Virus record (IMG/VR): IMGVR_UViG_3300034052_000006 | Coordinates: 1-41,690 of that record | DNA length: 41,690 bases | DNA from: a virus | Taxonomy: Duplodnaviria; Caudoviricetes | Strand: one strand, 5' to 3' | Part shown: positions 32,767 through 41,690 of the stretch, piece by piece | How positions within the stretch are numbered: position 1 is the stretch's first letter | Layout of the letters: every line of letters begins with the position of its first letter | The notes under the pieces: model-generated | Seen by the model: the letters and a program-made list of their open reading frames with translations, nothing else | What the model was told of the DNA's origin: nothing | Databases searched by the model: none | Made by a program: the position numbers and the translations under genes

Positions 32767-34941
32767 TCACCCGTAAGGATTGAAGCTGGGTTGCGGGGCG
32801 AAGTTCTGACGGTACGGGCTCATCCCCTGGTAGGGAGAACCCGGCTGCACAAGCATGGTCGAAGGTGTCTGGCCGGGTGCCCGGTAGCTGTACTGCCCGA
32901 AGTTAGGCATCTGAGGCCCAGCGCCCGGCCCGGTGTTGCCGCTCATGAATCCCTGGACTCCACCGTACTGGGAGGACATCGGAGGAGCGCCGGGAGGAGG
33001 AGCGCCCTGTGCCGGGGCTGGCCCCATGCCGAGAGCCCCTCGGCCAGCATTGCCCCAGTTCCAGCCCTGACCACCCGAGAAGCCACCCGCGATGCCACCT
33101 GCCGCCATGCCTGCAAGCTGCGCCCACTGACGGTCCTGCTCCTGCTGCCGCATCTGCTCGTACTGCCACTGCTGCTGACGGGACTGCTCCTCCATCCCGT
33201 ACTGAGCCATGTCGCGCTGGTTCTGCTGGCCGACAGCCGCTTGGTTGTAGCCCATGCCCATGCCGACACGCTGGTTGTTCATGCCGCTCTCTGCCATCGA
33301 ACGGTTGAAGGCGCTGTCCTGCTGGCCCTGGGTGAAGTTGAGCATCTGCATCCGCTGGTTCCAGTTGTCCTGGTCCCGCTGGTCTGCGAACGAAGCATCG
33401 CGGTAGGCGTTGTCCATCCCGCGCTGTTCGAGAGCCGTGCGCGTGTTGAGGGCCGTCATGCCCTGGCCGAACAACTGGTTCGCCATCTGGTTGCGGAAGT
33501 CCAGAGCCTGAGCCCCACGGTTGTAGGCACCCTGATCGATGCCCCACATATCCATGGCCTTCTGCCGCCCCAAGTTCGCGTTGAACTGGTCAACCTGATT
33601 GTTCATGCCAGCAGCCTGCATCTGGCGGCCAGCGTGAGCTTCCCGGCCCTGGGCCTCTAGCCCGGCGACCTGGAACAGGTTGTTGTTCTTGGCATCGTTC
33701 AGCCCCGCTTCTTGGCGGATTCGCCCAGCCTCAGTAAGCGAGCTACCAGCCAAGCCACGAGACGCCATGGATTGACGCTGTGCAGCGCCCTGGTTCTGAA
33801 AGTCGTTTTGCGCCCTCTGGTTGAGTGCATTGCCAACTCCACGGTACTGATCCTGGTACTCACCAAGACGAATCTTTTCCCCACCGTTCCCGCCACCAGG
33901 GCCGAGAGACTGGTTGAGTTTCATCCCAATGTCGCTGTTCCAGAAGTCTTTTGTGTTGAGGTTGTCGAGCCCCAACCGAGCCTTCGCCCTCTCCTCGTCT
34001 GAGGCGCTGAGGTCCGACTGGGCACGCTTCGACATCTCCGTAGCCCACGGGTCGTACATCGGATCGACTTCAAGCTCCTTCCCCTGCCAAGTGGGGTCGT
34101 GCAGACCGCCACCCTCACCGGGGAGAGGCATAGGCCCGGCCCCGCCACCAGGGCCACCCTCTGGGCCAGCGCCACCAGCGGCTTTCTTGGAGCGCCGGGA
34201 GCCGCCACGGTTCAAGGCCTGAAGCATGGGGTTGTTCGCTGCGGAGTCCGTAGGCTCAGCATCGAAGTCCTTCTGCATCCCCTGAAGCTGCGCCAGCCTG
34301 CGTTCAGCAGCGCCCAGCGCCTCGGAGGAGATGGCATTGTTGCCCTCGCGGGACTTGGCCTCCTGCTCGTACTGCTTGAACTTCGAGGTCTGCTCCTGCA
34401 TCCGGTCGGTCAGCCAGAAGCCCATGGAGTTCTTCATGGACTTCCCTGCGTACTTGCCGCTGGGGACTTCAGCATAGAAGATCTGCCGAAGAGCAGCATG
34501 GCCTTCGGGCGTGGAGTCGTCCCAGATCTTCCCCGTCTTGGGGTTCAAGAACTTGGGATCTACGAACTCTTCAGCCGTCACCTGCTTGTTGGCCTTCGGG
34601 TCTTTGTACTTGGCGACCAGGGCTTCCTGCTCAGCGATCTGGGCCAGCAGGTCACGCTTCGCGCTGGCACCCGCACCGGAGCCCGTCCCGCCCATCAAGG
34701 CGTCCATGAGGTTCCGGCTGCGGTACTGGTCCATCATCCCGCCGAGAGACGAGCCCTTGTCCCAGAAGTTGTAGTTGCCGTAGGAATCCGTGTAGCCGCC
34801 GCCGTAGCCAGTGCTAACACCGCCGGGGCGCTGCGGGTTAGGGATCTCCCCCGGACGGGGGGGCGCTCCGCCGCCCTTCTTCTTGTTGAGGTAGCTCGAT
34901 GCAAGCCCAACGCCTGTCGTGACAACCGCAGCCCAACTCAT
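32767..34941 (-). CDS. Putative DNA ejection/pilot protein
   Basis: N-terminus MSWAAVVTTGVGLASSYL, an ASRGLAGSS motif, and Q/N/G/M-rich helical composition typical of podoviral ejection proteins. Confidence 0.7.
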   Translation of the reverse strand: MSWAAVVTTGVGLASSYLNKKKGGGAPPRPGEIPNPQRPGGVSTGYGGGYTDSYGNYNFWDKGSSLGGMMDQYRSRNLMDALMGGTGSGAGASAKRDLLAQIAEQEALVAKYKDPKANKQVTAEEFVDPKFLNPKTGKIWDDSTPEGHAALRQIFYAEVPSGKYAGKSMKNSMGFWLTDRMQEQTSKFKQYEQEAKSREGNNAISSEALGAAERRLAQLQGMQKDFDAEPTDSAANNPMLQALNRGGSRRSKKAAGGAGPEGGPGGGAGPMPLPGEGGGLHDPTWQGKELEVDPMYDPWATEMSKRAQSDLSASDEERAKARLGLDNLNTKDFWNSDIGMKLNQSLGPGGGNGGEKIRLGEYQDQYRGVGNALNQRAQNDFQNQGAAQRQSMASRGLAGSSLTEAGRIRQEAGLNDAKNNNLFQVAGLEAQGREAHAGRQMQAAGMNNQVDQFNANLGRQKAMDMWGIDQGAYNRGAQALDFRNQMANQLFGQGMTALNTRTALEQRGMDNAYRDASFADQRDQDNWNQRMQMLNFTQGQQDSAFNRSMAESGMNNQRVGMGMGYNQAAVGQQNQRDMAQYGMEEQSRQQQWQYEQMRQQEQDRQWAQLAGMAAGGIAGGFSGGQGWNWGNAGRGALGMGPAPAQGAPPPGAPPMSSQYGGVQGFMSGNTGPGAGPQMPNFGQYSYRAPGQTPSTMLVQPGSPYQGMSPYRQNFAPQPSFNPYG

Positions 34942-35444
34942 ACGGGAACCCCCTCGAACTCAAGCGTGTCCGTGACTGCGCTGATGGTTTCCAACTCCTC
35001 GAAGCTCTTGGCAATGAACTCGTCTTCGATGGCATCAAGATCGGTCAGGTGTGTCCCGTGGATACAGGTCCACACGGTGTCTTCGTGGGCATAGCCCACC
35101 CGCTTCACCCCTGGCGGGGAGACGATGGTGCATGGGGCTGTCACCCTACGAGGGCCATCCTCGGTCATCACCGTGATGTCGCCCTTGCTGATGATGTTCA
35201 GGTTCGCGTGCTTGTGGATCTTCCCCACGATCACGCAGCCCTTCGGGATCGTCATCTCACGAGCGTAGATGCCGTGCGAGAAGTGATGCGCCACGGGGAG
35301 GTCGATGATCTCTTCCGGTGGCATCGCCTTCATGAACTCTTCCAAGTTCATGATCTGCTGCCGGATCGGCACGCTCTCTCTGGATACGATCTCTTCAGAC
35401 ACTGGCTTCCTCGCGGGTGGTTGTTTCAGCGGGGGTAGCTGCAA
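34938..35444 (-). CDS. Cupin-fold phage protein
   Basis: HHFSHGIYAREMTIPKG..IVGKIHKH..LNIISKG...SPPGVKRVGYAHEDTVWTCIH. Confidence 0.8.
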   Translation of the reverse strand: MQLPPLKQPPARKPVSEEIVSRESVPIRQQIMNLEEFMKAMPPEEIIDLPVAHHFSHGIYAREMTIPKGCVIVGKIHKHANLNIISKGDITVMTEDGPRRVTAPCTIVSPPGVKRVGYAHEDTVWTCIHGTHLTDLDAIEDEFIAKSFEELETISAVTDTLEFEGVPV

Positions 35445-35943
35445 TGGCCCGTGGAGCCGGATCGTCTGGGAGCAGCCCGAGTAAAGCGATGTTCACCGGG
35501 CCGTTGCCAAAGTCTCCACCTAGTCTAATCCCTGACGGGCCTGACTCAACCAAGAACCCGATGGATTTTAAAGCCCTTACGGTCTGGTTGTGGGCCATGG
35601 GGGCAACCGACTGAACCCGGTAGTTGCCTCCCTGGTTGAACCACCTGTCTCGCAACTGTGGGGCCAGGGCTACGATCTCAGGGCGCAGGTCGATACCATC
35701 GGCCTTACTGACGAACTTCTGCATGGGCACGAGGTTCAGCGTCAGTAGCCCAGGCACGGAGGGAGTCTCTAGCATCATAGCTAAAGGCTCCTCTCCATTC
35801 ATCCAGATGACTGCGGTGGTAGCCATTGCGTATGACGCCATTGCGTTGGGGTCATAAAGCTGAGCCGGGAGACGATTGTGCTTCTTGAGGAACAGGTACA
35901 ACTCAGCAGTGGTTGGTCGCTTGGCTTCAGCAATGGTAATCAT
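35395..35943 (-). CDS. Putative GNAT-fold tail/virion assembly protein
   Basis: RVQS..P..HNQTVRALKSIGFLVE matches the GNAT C-terminal pattern. Sits after the nozzle gene, as T7 gp13 and P22 gp14 do. Confidence 0.55.
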   Translation of the reverse strand: MITIAEAKRPTTAELYLFLKKHNRLPAQLYDPNAMASYAMATTAVIWMNGEEPLAMMLETPSVPGLLTLNLVPMQKFVSKADGIDLRPEIVALAPQLRDRWFNQGGNYRVQSVAPMAHNQTVRALKSIGFLVESGPSGIRLGGDFGNGPVNIALLGLLPDDPAPRAIAATPAETTTREEASV

Positions 35944-37829
35944 CGGAGTCCTAACACCCGGACATCGGGCCTAATGCCGATGATAGTAGGAGCGGCAGCA
36001 CTGCTGGAACCCTCGAACTTGATCCTGAAGTACCTGTAAGCCCCAACGGGGCGAAGCTGGTAGTGGGTCACGGTGGCAGCTTCTGACTCCAGGACCGTCC
36101 GTCCATTCACTGTCGATTCGGTGATATTAAATACCTGGGTAGACTTGGACGCGAAGTCCCAAGATACCGTCACGGTGGCAGAGAAAGACCCGCTGCTCTT
36201 GTCGATGTGCAGGTCCAGGGTCGGCATGGTCTTCCGCATCGGGGTTCTCATGTCGTAGTCGGCGCTCGTCCAACTCCACGAGATGTTGGCCCCCGAGTCA
36301 GTGTCGCCCGTGTTGAGTTCCAGGATGTCGCCGTCAGGGGTAGCCGCGATGATGCGGCGGTCCTCGGTGACACCAACCCCGATGGGAGCCCACCCGCTGT
36401 ACTTGGTCCAGGCCCCAAGCTCGTGGTTGTACACAAGCTGCTTGCTATTCGTGGTGCCACCGACAGGGCGGAAGAACCAGACAACCCGCTGGGTCTTGGC
36501 ATCGTGGTAGGCCAGGATGTTGGGCCAGTAGTCTCGGTCGGCTTCATCGTTGACTACGGAACGGACCTTCTTGCTGAGGTCATCCGATTCGACATCAGCC
36601 CCAGACAGCACACGCGAGATCGTGGTCGGCCCGAACTGCGACCAGATGTAGGCATCATCGCCAGCGTGGGCGATACCGAGTGGGCTAGTAGACCCTGTGT
36701 TCAGGATCTTCTGGAGCCCGAAGTCGGCAGTGGTAGACCCCGTGTAGACGAAGAAGTTCGTCTCCGTGAAGACGATGGTGTAGTCGAACAAGGGGGTGAT
36801 GGCACGGACCTTGTTATTCATGCCACCGATCACAGCGACATCGAAGGCATCTGTATCATCGATGTACTCAAGGTGGTCATTGGAGCCCGAGAACCACAGG
36901 CGGTCCCTTCGCCAGAAGACCACGCGCTGGTTCCGGCCACGGGCCATCGTGGTCACACCCTCTGGGTAGCCGTTGCTTTCCCAGTCGGATGGGGTAGTCC
37001 AAGCCGTGTCGGGCAGGGTTGTGGAAAGAGGCTGGTTGATGGACAAGCCCCCCGCAGCCTCGTCCGAGAACGAAGACGAGTCTTCACCGTAGACCACGCT
37101 TGCGAGACGCCACTGAGCCGTAGTCGGGACGCAAGTCCCCCACGGTGTCCCGTCAGCATCCGAGTACCTACGGATGATGTACCCAGCCGCTCCACGCACG
37201 GGCTGCCAAGTCACCTGCCATGGGTAGGTCGAGCTAGGATCTCTGATGTTGAGCCCACAAGAGAACGGGAAAAGCACAGGCCTACCTTCTCCTCGCCCCG
37301 AGAAAGCCGACACGGCGTAGACGGCATTAGCGGTCCCGGCTGTGCCAATAACGCCGACAACATTCAGGTTGCTCGGCTGTTCCAGCAGGGATGCTTCTTT
37401 GAGGGTCCGAACCCCCCGCCCATCCAAGGGGCTGTACACCAAGGGCTCGAAGTCCTGATTCGCCAGGATGAGGAACCCGTTGATCGAGGTCGAGATGATC
37501 GGCGCTGCGCCCGTCCAGGTGATGCTCGTACCTGACACATCATCCCAGGTGACACCATCCCGGCTGTGCTTGTAGCCGCCGTCTACCACCGCGAAGAAGC
37601 ACATCGTGCCTTCGCTGTCGTAGAAGATGGTGAAGTGCCAACAGGCCGCACCTAGAGAAGCCAGCGTCACGCAGCCCTTCCTGCGGGTGAAGCCTCCCCC
37701 AGGCAAGACATCTACATTGAGAAGGTCTTGCGCCTCACCCGGCTTTACATTCAGCTTGCTGGCGGTTGTGTTGAGGCCGCCGAACAGCCATGTATCCGTA
37801 CCCTGGCTAGTCCTGCCTGCGTACCCCAT
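35940..37829 (-). CDS. Tail nozzle/stabilization protein (tubular B or P22 gp10-like)
   Basis: 629 aa with FGGLNT...GEAQDLLNVD...GGFTRRKG at the start, beta-propeller-like repeats, and YRYFRIKFEG at the end. Confidence 0.8.
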   Translation of the reverse strand: MGYAGRTSQGTDTWLFGGLNTTASKLNVKPGEAQDLLNVDVLPGGGFTRRKGCVTLASLGAACWHFTIFYDSEGTMCFFAVVDGGYKHSRDGVTWDDVSGTSITWTGAAPIISTSINGFLILANQDFEPLVYSPLDGRGVRTLKEASLLEQPSNLNVVGVIGTAGTANAVYAVSAFSGRGEGRPVLFPFSCGLNIRDPSSTYPWQVTWQPVRGAAGYIIRRYSDADGTPWGTCVPTTAQWRLASVVYGEDSSSFSDEAAGGLSINQPLSTTLPDTAWTTPSDWESNGYPEGVTTMARGRNQRVVFWRRDRLWFSGSNDHLEYIDDTDAFDVAVIGGMNNKVRAITPLFDYTIVFTETNFFVYTGSTTADFGLQKILNTGSTSPLGIAHAGDDAYIWSQFGPTTISRVLSGADVESDDLSKKVRSVVNDEADRDYWPNILAYHDAKTQRVVWFFRPVGGTTNSKQLVYNHELGAWTKYSGWAPIGVGVTEDRRIIAATPDGDILELNTGDTDSGANISWSWTSADYDMRTPMRKTMPTLDLHIDKSSGSFSATVTVSWDFASKSTQVFNITESTVNGRTVLESEAATVTHYQLRPVGAYRYFRIKFEGSSSAAAPTIIGIRPDVRVLGLR

Positions 37830-37833
37830 CGGT

Positions 37834-38565
37834 TCACCACCAATCCTGATGTCCGCCTTCGATCATGTAGCTCTGACGCTCAGCGAGACGGGTCAGCTTC
37901 TTCATACTCCTGATCCGGTTCGTGATGATCTCATCGTACCGATTACGGTAGGCACCGACATCAGGGAAGCCCATCTTGGTCCCGGTCTTCCACTTGGCGA
38001 ACTCGACAATCGCTTCAGCGTACTCTTCGGGGAGGTCAAACGGATCGTCCTGGTTGTCATCGCCGTTGAGCCGGACAGGGGGCTTCAGGCGGTAGCGGAG
38101 GTAGACCCTGCTACCACCGTTGTCGATGAAGTCCTGGCTCGGCGGGGGCCACACGATCATGGCTGTGCCATCGATACAGGCGAACCGTGTGGAGCCATTC
38201 TCTGGCAACGGGTTCGTGACATCAGAAGGGATCAGCTTGTTCCAGGCGAGAGGGGTCAACTCCTCCAAGGTGTTGGCACCGATCCTCATGTCGGAGACGA
38301 GCTTCATGAACCGAGTTGGCAGGGGGTAGGATGTCACCCCTACTTCGAGGGTCTGGTAGTAGGGCATGATCTGCCAGGGCCAAGTCTGCTTGTACCAGAG
38401 GTCTTCGACCCCATCGTTCAGCGCGTTGATGGTAGTCAAAGCCTGATGGTCGGGGTCGGAGATGTCCGAGTACCGCTCGATCCCAAGCTCATCGTGAACG
38501 CGGTTGAGCAGCACCAAGAGGGTATTAACCCCTGTCCCGCCCGTTGGAGTTAGCGCGGTGGTCAT
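37834..38565 (-). CDS. Head-tail adaptor (tubular A-like)
   Basis: LLNRVHDELG, W..QTWPW, GVTSYPLP..F, VWPPP and LPEEY.EAIV motifs. Confidence 0.8.
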   Translation of the reverse strand: MTTALTPTGGTGVNTLLVLLNRVHDELGIERYSDISDPDHQALTTINALNDGVEDLWYKQTWPWQIMPYYQTLEVGVTSYPLPTRFMKLVSDMRIGANTLEELTPLAWNKLIPSDVTNPLPENGSTRFACIDGTAMIVWPPPSQDFIDNGGSRVYLRYRLKPPVRLNGDDNQDDPFDLPEEYAEAIVEFAKWKTGTKMGFPDVGAYRNRYDEIITNRIRSMKKLTRLAERQSYMIEGGHQDWW

Positions 38566-38567
38566 GG

Positions 38568-39743
38568 CTAGGCTCCGACAAGAGCGACATACAGATCGGT
38601 GCAGGTGAGCCCATCCGCGACATTCGTGGCGTCAGGGGTGGACAGCAGAAGTTCAAGGGTCGCGTCAGCAGTGGTCGATAGGGTCACGGGGGACGAGTTG
38701 CAATCGCTCTGGGTCAACCCGGCGACTCCGTTCGATTGGTAAGCCGTGAGCGACCCTGAGCCCATAAACGACCCCGACCCGCCAGTGGCCCGACAGACAA
38801 CCTCGAAGTGCATCTCCCAGTTAGCGACATTGTATCCAAGGCCTGCCCACTGCGATGAGTTGTCGAAGAGATCGACAAGTACGGTGGCACCATTCACGCG
38901 CAGCCTAGCCCTGATCTTCGTGACCGAAGCCGTGAACGCGCAGAACCCACGGGCCTCCACGATGAGGCGGCACCCTTCTGTGAAGGTGTTCCCGCCGATG
39001 GTGCTGGAACCCGTGTAGGTGGCCGCCGAGAAGAGATCGACCTCCGCCGTGGTGTTGATGTTGTTGACACTGGAGCGGCTCTGGTAGATCCGCCTGTACG
39101 CATTTGTGAGCCCGAGGCCTTCAACCGTGGTGGGCTTGCTGGTGACATCAGCCCACGCAGGGGTAGCGGTTGTTTCGCTGATCCCGGTGATGATTCCTTG
39201 CGCGTTGGTCGTGACGAGAGCGATCTCTGTGGCACTTCCGAAGGTCGTGCTGGCAGTAGGGCCGAAGGCCGGGAGATCCGCCATGACCAATGCCCGGTAG
39301 TCAGGCGTGGCATCTGCCCCAGTGGTAGGACCAGCCAGGATGGTGTTCTTGACCTGGGTGGCGTAGGTGACAGAGAGAACCCCGACCCCAGTGGTAGGGT
39401 TGTCGCCACCGACCGTGAAGTGATCCGGCATCGTGAGCCCAACACTCAAGCCAGCCCCAGTGCTTTCGACATCCGAGACATAGACGCCGGGGATCGTGTA
39501 GCTCCCGAATCCTGCGCCCTCGAACTTGAAGTCGTACCGGGCCGGGGGCAGGGAGAAGGCGTAGCGCCCGTAGGCATCGGCGACATAGGGGTTCGGAAGA
39601 GTCGCAGTAGGGTCTTCGTCCGTGTTGGCCGCATACACTTCCGCCAGCGGCACAGGGTCATTGAATGGGTAGACGCAAAGGCTCCCGCTGGGGACGGGCT
39701 TGCCAGTCCTTGGGTCTACGATGATCCCGTACACTCGCTGCAT
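38568..39743 (-). CDS. Second fibre/spike protein (fibre 2)
   Basis: The N-terminal anchor resembles fibre 1. It has fibre-shaft motifs (LAGPTTGADATP.YRALV.ADLP; VTTNAQG.IT; WADVTSKPTT) and a C-terminal beta domain. Confidence 0.8.
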   Translation of the reverse strand: MQRVYGIIVDPRTGKPVPSGSLCVYPFNDPVPLAEVYAANTDEDPTATLPNPYVADAYGRYAFSLPPARYDFKFEGAGFGSYTIPGVYVSDVESTGAGLSVGLTMPDHFTVGGDNPTTGVGVLSVTYATQVKNTILAGPTTGADATPDYRALVMADLPAFGPTASTTFGSATEIALVTTNAQGIITGISETTATPAWADVTSKPTTVEGLGLTNAYRRIYQSRSSVNNINTTAEVDLFSAATYTGSSTIGGNTFTEGCRLIVEARGFCAFTASVTKIRARLRVNGATVLVDLFDNSSQWAGLGYNVANWEMHFEVVCRATGGSGSFMGSGSLTAYQSNGVAGLTQSDCNSSPVTLSTTADATLELLLSTPDATNVADGLTCTDLYVALVGA

Positions 39744-39776
39744 ACACCCTCCTGATAAAGACTAAAGCAACCAGCC

Positions 39777-40118
39777 TTAGACGCTACCGCCTACATCGTG
39801 TCCTTCTTCGTCAGTCTTCCGTGTACGGACACCGAGTCGTGCGTGAAGGACTTCAGCGGGGAAGGGGCAGCCGGGGTTTGAGCAGACCCCTGCCCCCATT
39901 CTCTCGATGACCGTTCGGTGGTTTTCAATGTGCCACTCCACCTTGTCGATCCTGCCATCAAGGTGGTCGAGCGATTCAGTCAGCTTGCTCATTGTCCCGT
40001 TCAGGCGCTCCAGGGTTGAATCCAATCCCGTGACCCACCTGTTGATGAAGTACCCGAGGGCGAGGACGAAGAGCCCACACACCCCGAAGATGAATGTCTG
40101 GATGATATGGGATGGCAT
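39777..40118 (-). CDS. Single-TM coiled-coil protein (XhlA/holin-like)
   Basis: N-terminal TM IIQTFIFGVCGLFVLALGYFI followed by heptad repeats. Confidence 0.6.
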   Translation of the reverse strand: MPSHIIQTFIFGVCGLFVLALGYFINRWVTGLDSTLERLNGTMSKLTESLDHLDGRIDKVEWHIENHRTVIERMGAGVCSNPGCPFPAEVLHARLGVRTRKTDEEGHDVGGSV

Positions 40119-40139
40119 CCTAGCTCCTAGGTGGTGGGT

Positions 40140-40436
40140 CTACTGGTTGAGAAGCAACATGATCCCATGATACCCAGCGGCCATGGCAGCGCCTCCGGCG
40201 ACCGTGTTTAAACAATCGGCAACCTCGGCGGTCTTGCCAGCCGCTACATCCACTATCTCTTTGATGACACCTACAATTGCAGCCGCCACCACGACCCACA
40301 CCCACCCGTTTAGCTCTGGGCAAGTCAGCAGGTACAACACCATGGCTCCCCCGACAGCCATGCCAGCCAGGAAGTGCTTTTCTTTGTCCTCGGCCGTCCA
40401 AGGCCAGGGCGAGGTCGCTGACCAGATGACGCGCAT
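40140..40436 (-). CDS. Small membrane protein (VanZ/YfiM-like DK.KHF motif)
   Basis: EDKEKHFLAG...KEIVD...D..NTVAGG with three hydrophobic helices. Confidence 0.6.
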   Translation of the reverse strand: MRVIWSATSPWPWTAEDKEKHFLAGMAVGGAMVLYLLTCPELNGWVWVVVAAAIVGVIKEIVDVAAGKTAEVADCLNTVAGGAAMAAGYHGIMLLLNQ

Positions 40437-40738
40437 TAGTCGTTCACCAAGCCGGGGTACTCGGGGAGCAGCTTCAACTGTTCCAACGCCTGAGCGAAGA
40501 TGTTGCCATCGGCTGGCACATAGTCGAAGGGGAAGGTGTTGCTGTACCGCTCCTTCTTCCCGTCCTGCTTGGCTGCCTTGGACTTGTAGACCTTGTAGTG
40601 GGCCAGCGAATCCATGCCGGAGTAGGGCGTGGCGACCCGGGTGGTATTGACCTCCGTGATGACGAAGTAGGCATTGGGCCAGGACTCGTCCTGCTCGGTG
40701 TCGGGGTGGTTGAAAGGACCGATTGCTGCGAAGGCCAT
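40436..40738 (-). CDS. Small fibre-associated protein (putative chaperone)
   Basis: AGGAG RBS; directly after the fibre 1 stop. YKSKAAK..GK...NIFAQA...LK.LPEY pattern. Confidence 0.6.
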   Translation of the reverse strand: MAFAAIGPFNHPDTEQDESWPNAYFVITEVNTTRVATPYSGMDSLAHYKVYKSKAAKQDGKKERYSNTFPFDYVPADGNIFAQALEQLKLLPEYPGLVND

Positions 40739-40747
40739 GGCGGGCTC

Positions 40748-41690
40748 CTATGCGTTATGATCTGGGCAGAGAGTCTCGCCCATCTCGACATTGACGGGGC
40801 CAGTGCCAGCGTTGTTCTCTCCGGCCTGGATGGTAATGGTGAGCGTGTTAACTGCTGTCGTGTCCACGGTGGTAGATGCACCCATAGAGAGGGTTTCGGC
40901 AACACCCTGGACATTGAACGCGCCGAAGCTGATGAGAGTTCCTGTCGCGCCGATGGTTCGGCATACCGTCTCAATGTCGATAGTGAAGGCCAAGGCAGCC
41001 ATAACGGTAGACGCTGGAGTGGTGAAGGTGAGGACCGTAGACCCCGCATACTTCACGCGAATCGTGTAGAACGAGTTGACATTGTTCCGCTGCGTGATCG
41101 TACCTCGCAGACGGTTGTTGATCTTCTTTCCAGCGGTGAGGTAGTTCGCTGCCATCGGAATCGTGTAGACCGTGGTTTCCGTGGTGCTTGAGGCAGGCAC
41201 TTGGACCTGGGCCGTGAGGATCTCCTGAGCCAGCACCACAGAGCGGCGGACCTGGAAGGTCGTGAAGTAGAGCGTGTGGCCCTTGAACTCCATCGCGCCC
41301 TCTTCCACTGCCGTCATAAGCGGACCAGCGGTGAACTTCAGGGGCGCAGAGGAAGCAGCGGTGGAGCCCGCCTTCAGGTGCAGGGTCGCGGTGGGTGTAG
41401 TTCCAGCGCCGATGTAGAGTTTGCCGTCCCCCGTAAGCCCCATCTTGGCCGTAGCGGTCTGGAGGGTGGTGCCCGTAGAACCCACATCAGGGGTCTGCCA
41501 TTCGTAGAGGATGCCCGTGTTGGAGGCATCGCCCGTGCCCCTAGAGGAGCGGAAGGTCCACTTCGCTGGGCCAATATTAGTACCGCTGGCATCCTGTACG
41601 CTCTGGGTTTGCGGGACCGGAGGGTTAGCGGCATCGCCACCGAAACGCCAAGTGGCGCTGCCGGGGGAAGCGAGGATGGCGGGGTTGGCG
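40748..41690 (-). CDS. Fibre 1, 3' part (continuation of 1-2037 across the contig break)
   Basis: The frame is open from 41689 ([37 protein letters not shown]...) with no convincing start. It repeats the unit seen at 302-486. Confidence 0.8.
   Translation of the reverse strand, partial: ANPAILASPGSATWRFGGDAANPPVPQTQSVQDASGTNIGPAKWTFRSSRGTGDASNTGILYEWQTPDVGSTGTTLQTATAKMGLTGDGKLYIGAGTTPTATLHLKAGSTAASSAPLKFTAGPLMTAVEEGAMEFKGHTLYFTTFQVRRSVVLAQEILTAQVQVPASSTTETTVYTIPMAANYLTAGKKINNRLRGTITQRNNVNSFYTIRVKYAGSTVLTFTTPASTVMAALAFTIDIETVCRTIGATGTLISFGAFNVQGVAETLSMGASTTVDTTAVNTLTITIQAGENNAGTGPVNVEMGETLCPDHNA

Noticed and set aside
1-41690. Stop-codon reassignment
   Set aside because: Genes pack tightly under the standard code, and TAG, TGA and TAA all end genes at sensible boundaries.

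Overview
This looks like a near-complete, circularly permuted ~42 kb podovirus-type phage genome, roughly 60-65% GC by eye. The contig is broken inside a collagen-containing fibre gene: its 5' part is at 1-2037 and its 3' part at 40748-41690. There are two arms. The minus-strand late arm carries terS, terL, portal, scaffold, an N4-gp56-type capsid, fibres, tail adaptor and nozzle, ejection proteins including a 2450-aa polyvalent protein, a GH108 endolysin and a holin. The plus-strand early arm (10.5-22.8 kb) carries a Rho_N-fused MoxR/CbbQ AAA+ ATPase with an HExxH-vWA partner, a replication initiator with an embedded AT-rich origin, a RecT-like protein, a YqaJ exonuclease, a PD-(D/E)xK nuclease, a double-wHTH protein and SSB. 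I recognise no integrase, CI-type repressor, polymerase, helicase or ParA/B. The strongest unexplained signal is a perfect AT-rich 16-bp palindrome, TGTCTTAATTAAGACA, present 8 times (7 exact, 1 with the 14-bp core). The copies punctuate the early genes, supply two stop codons, and are written in-frame (as VLIKT) inside two genes. All family calls come from motif recognition by eye; no searches were run.
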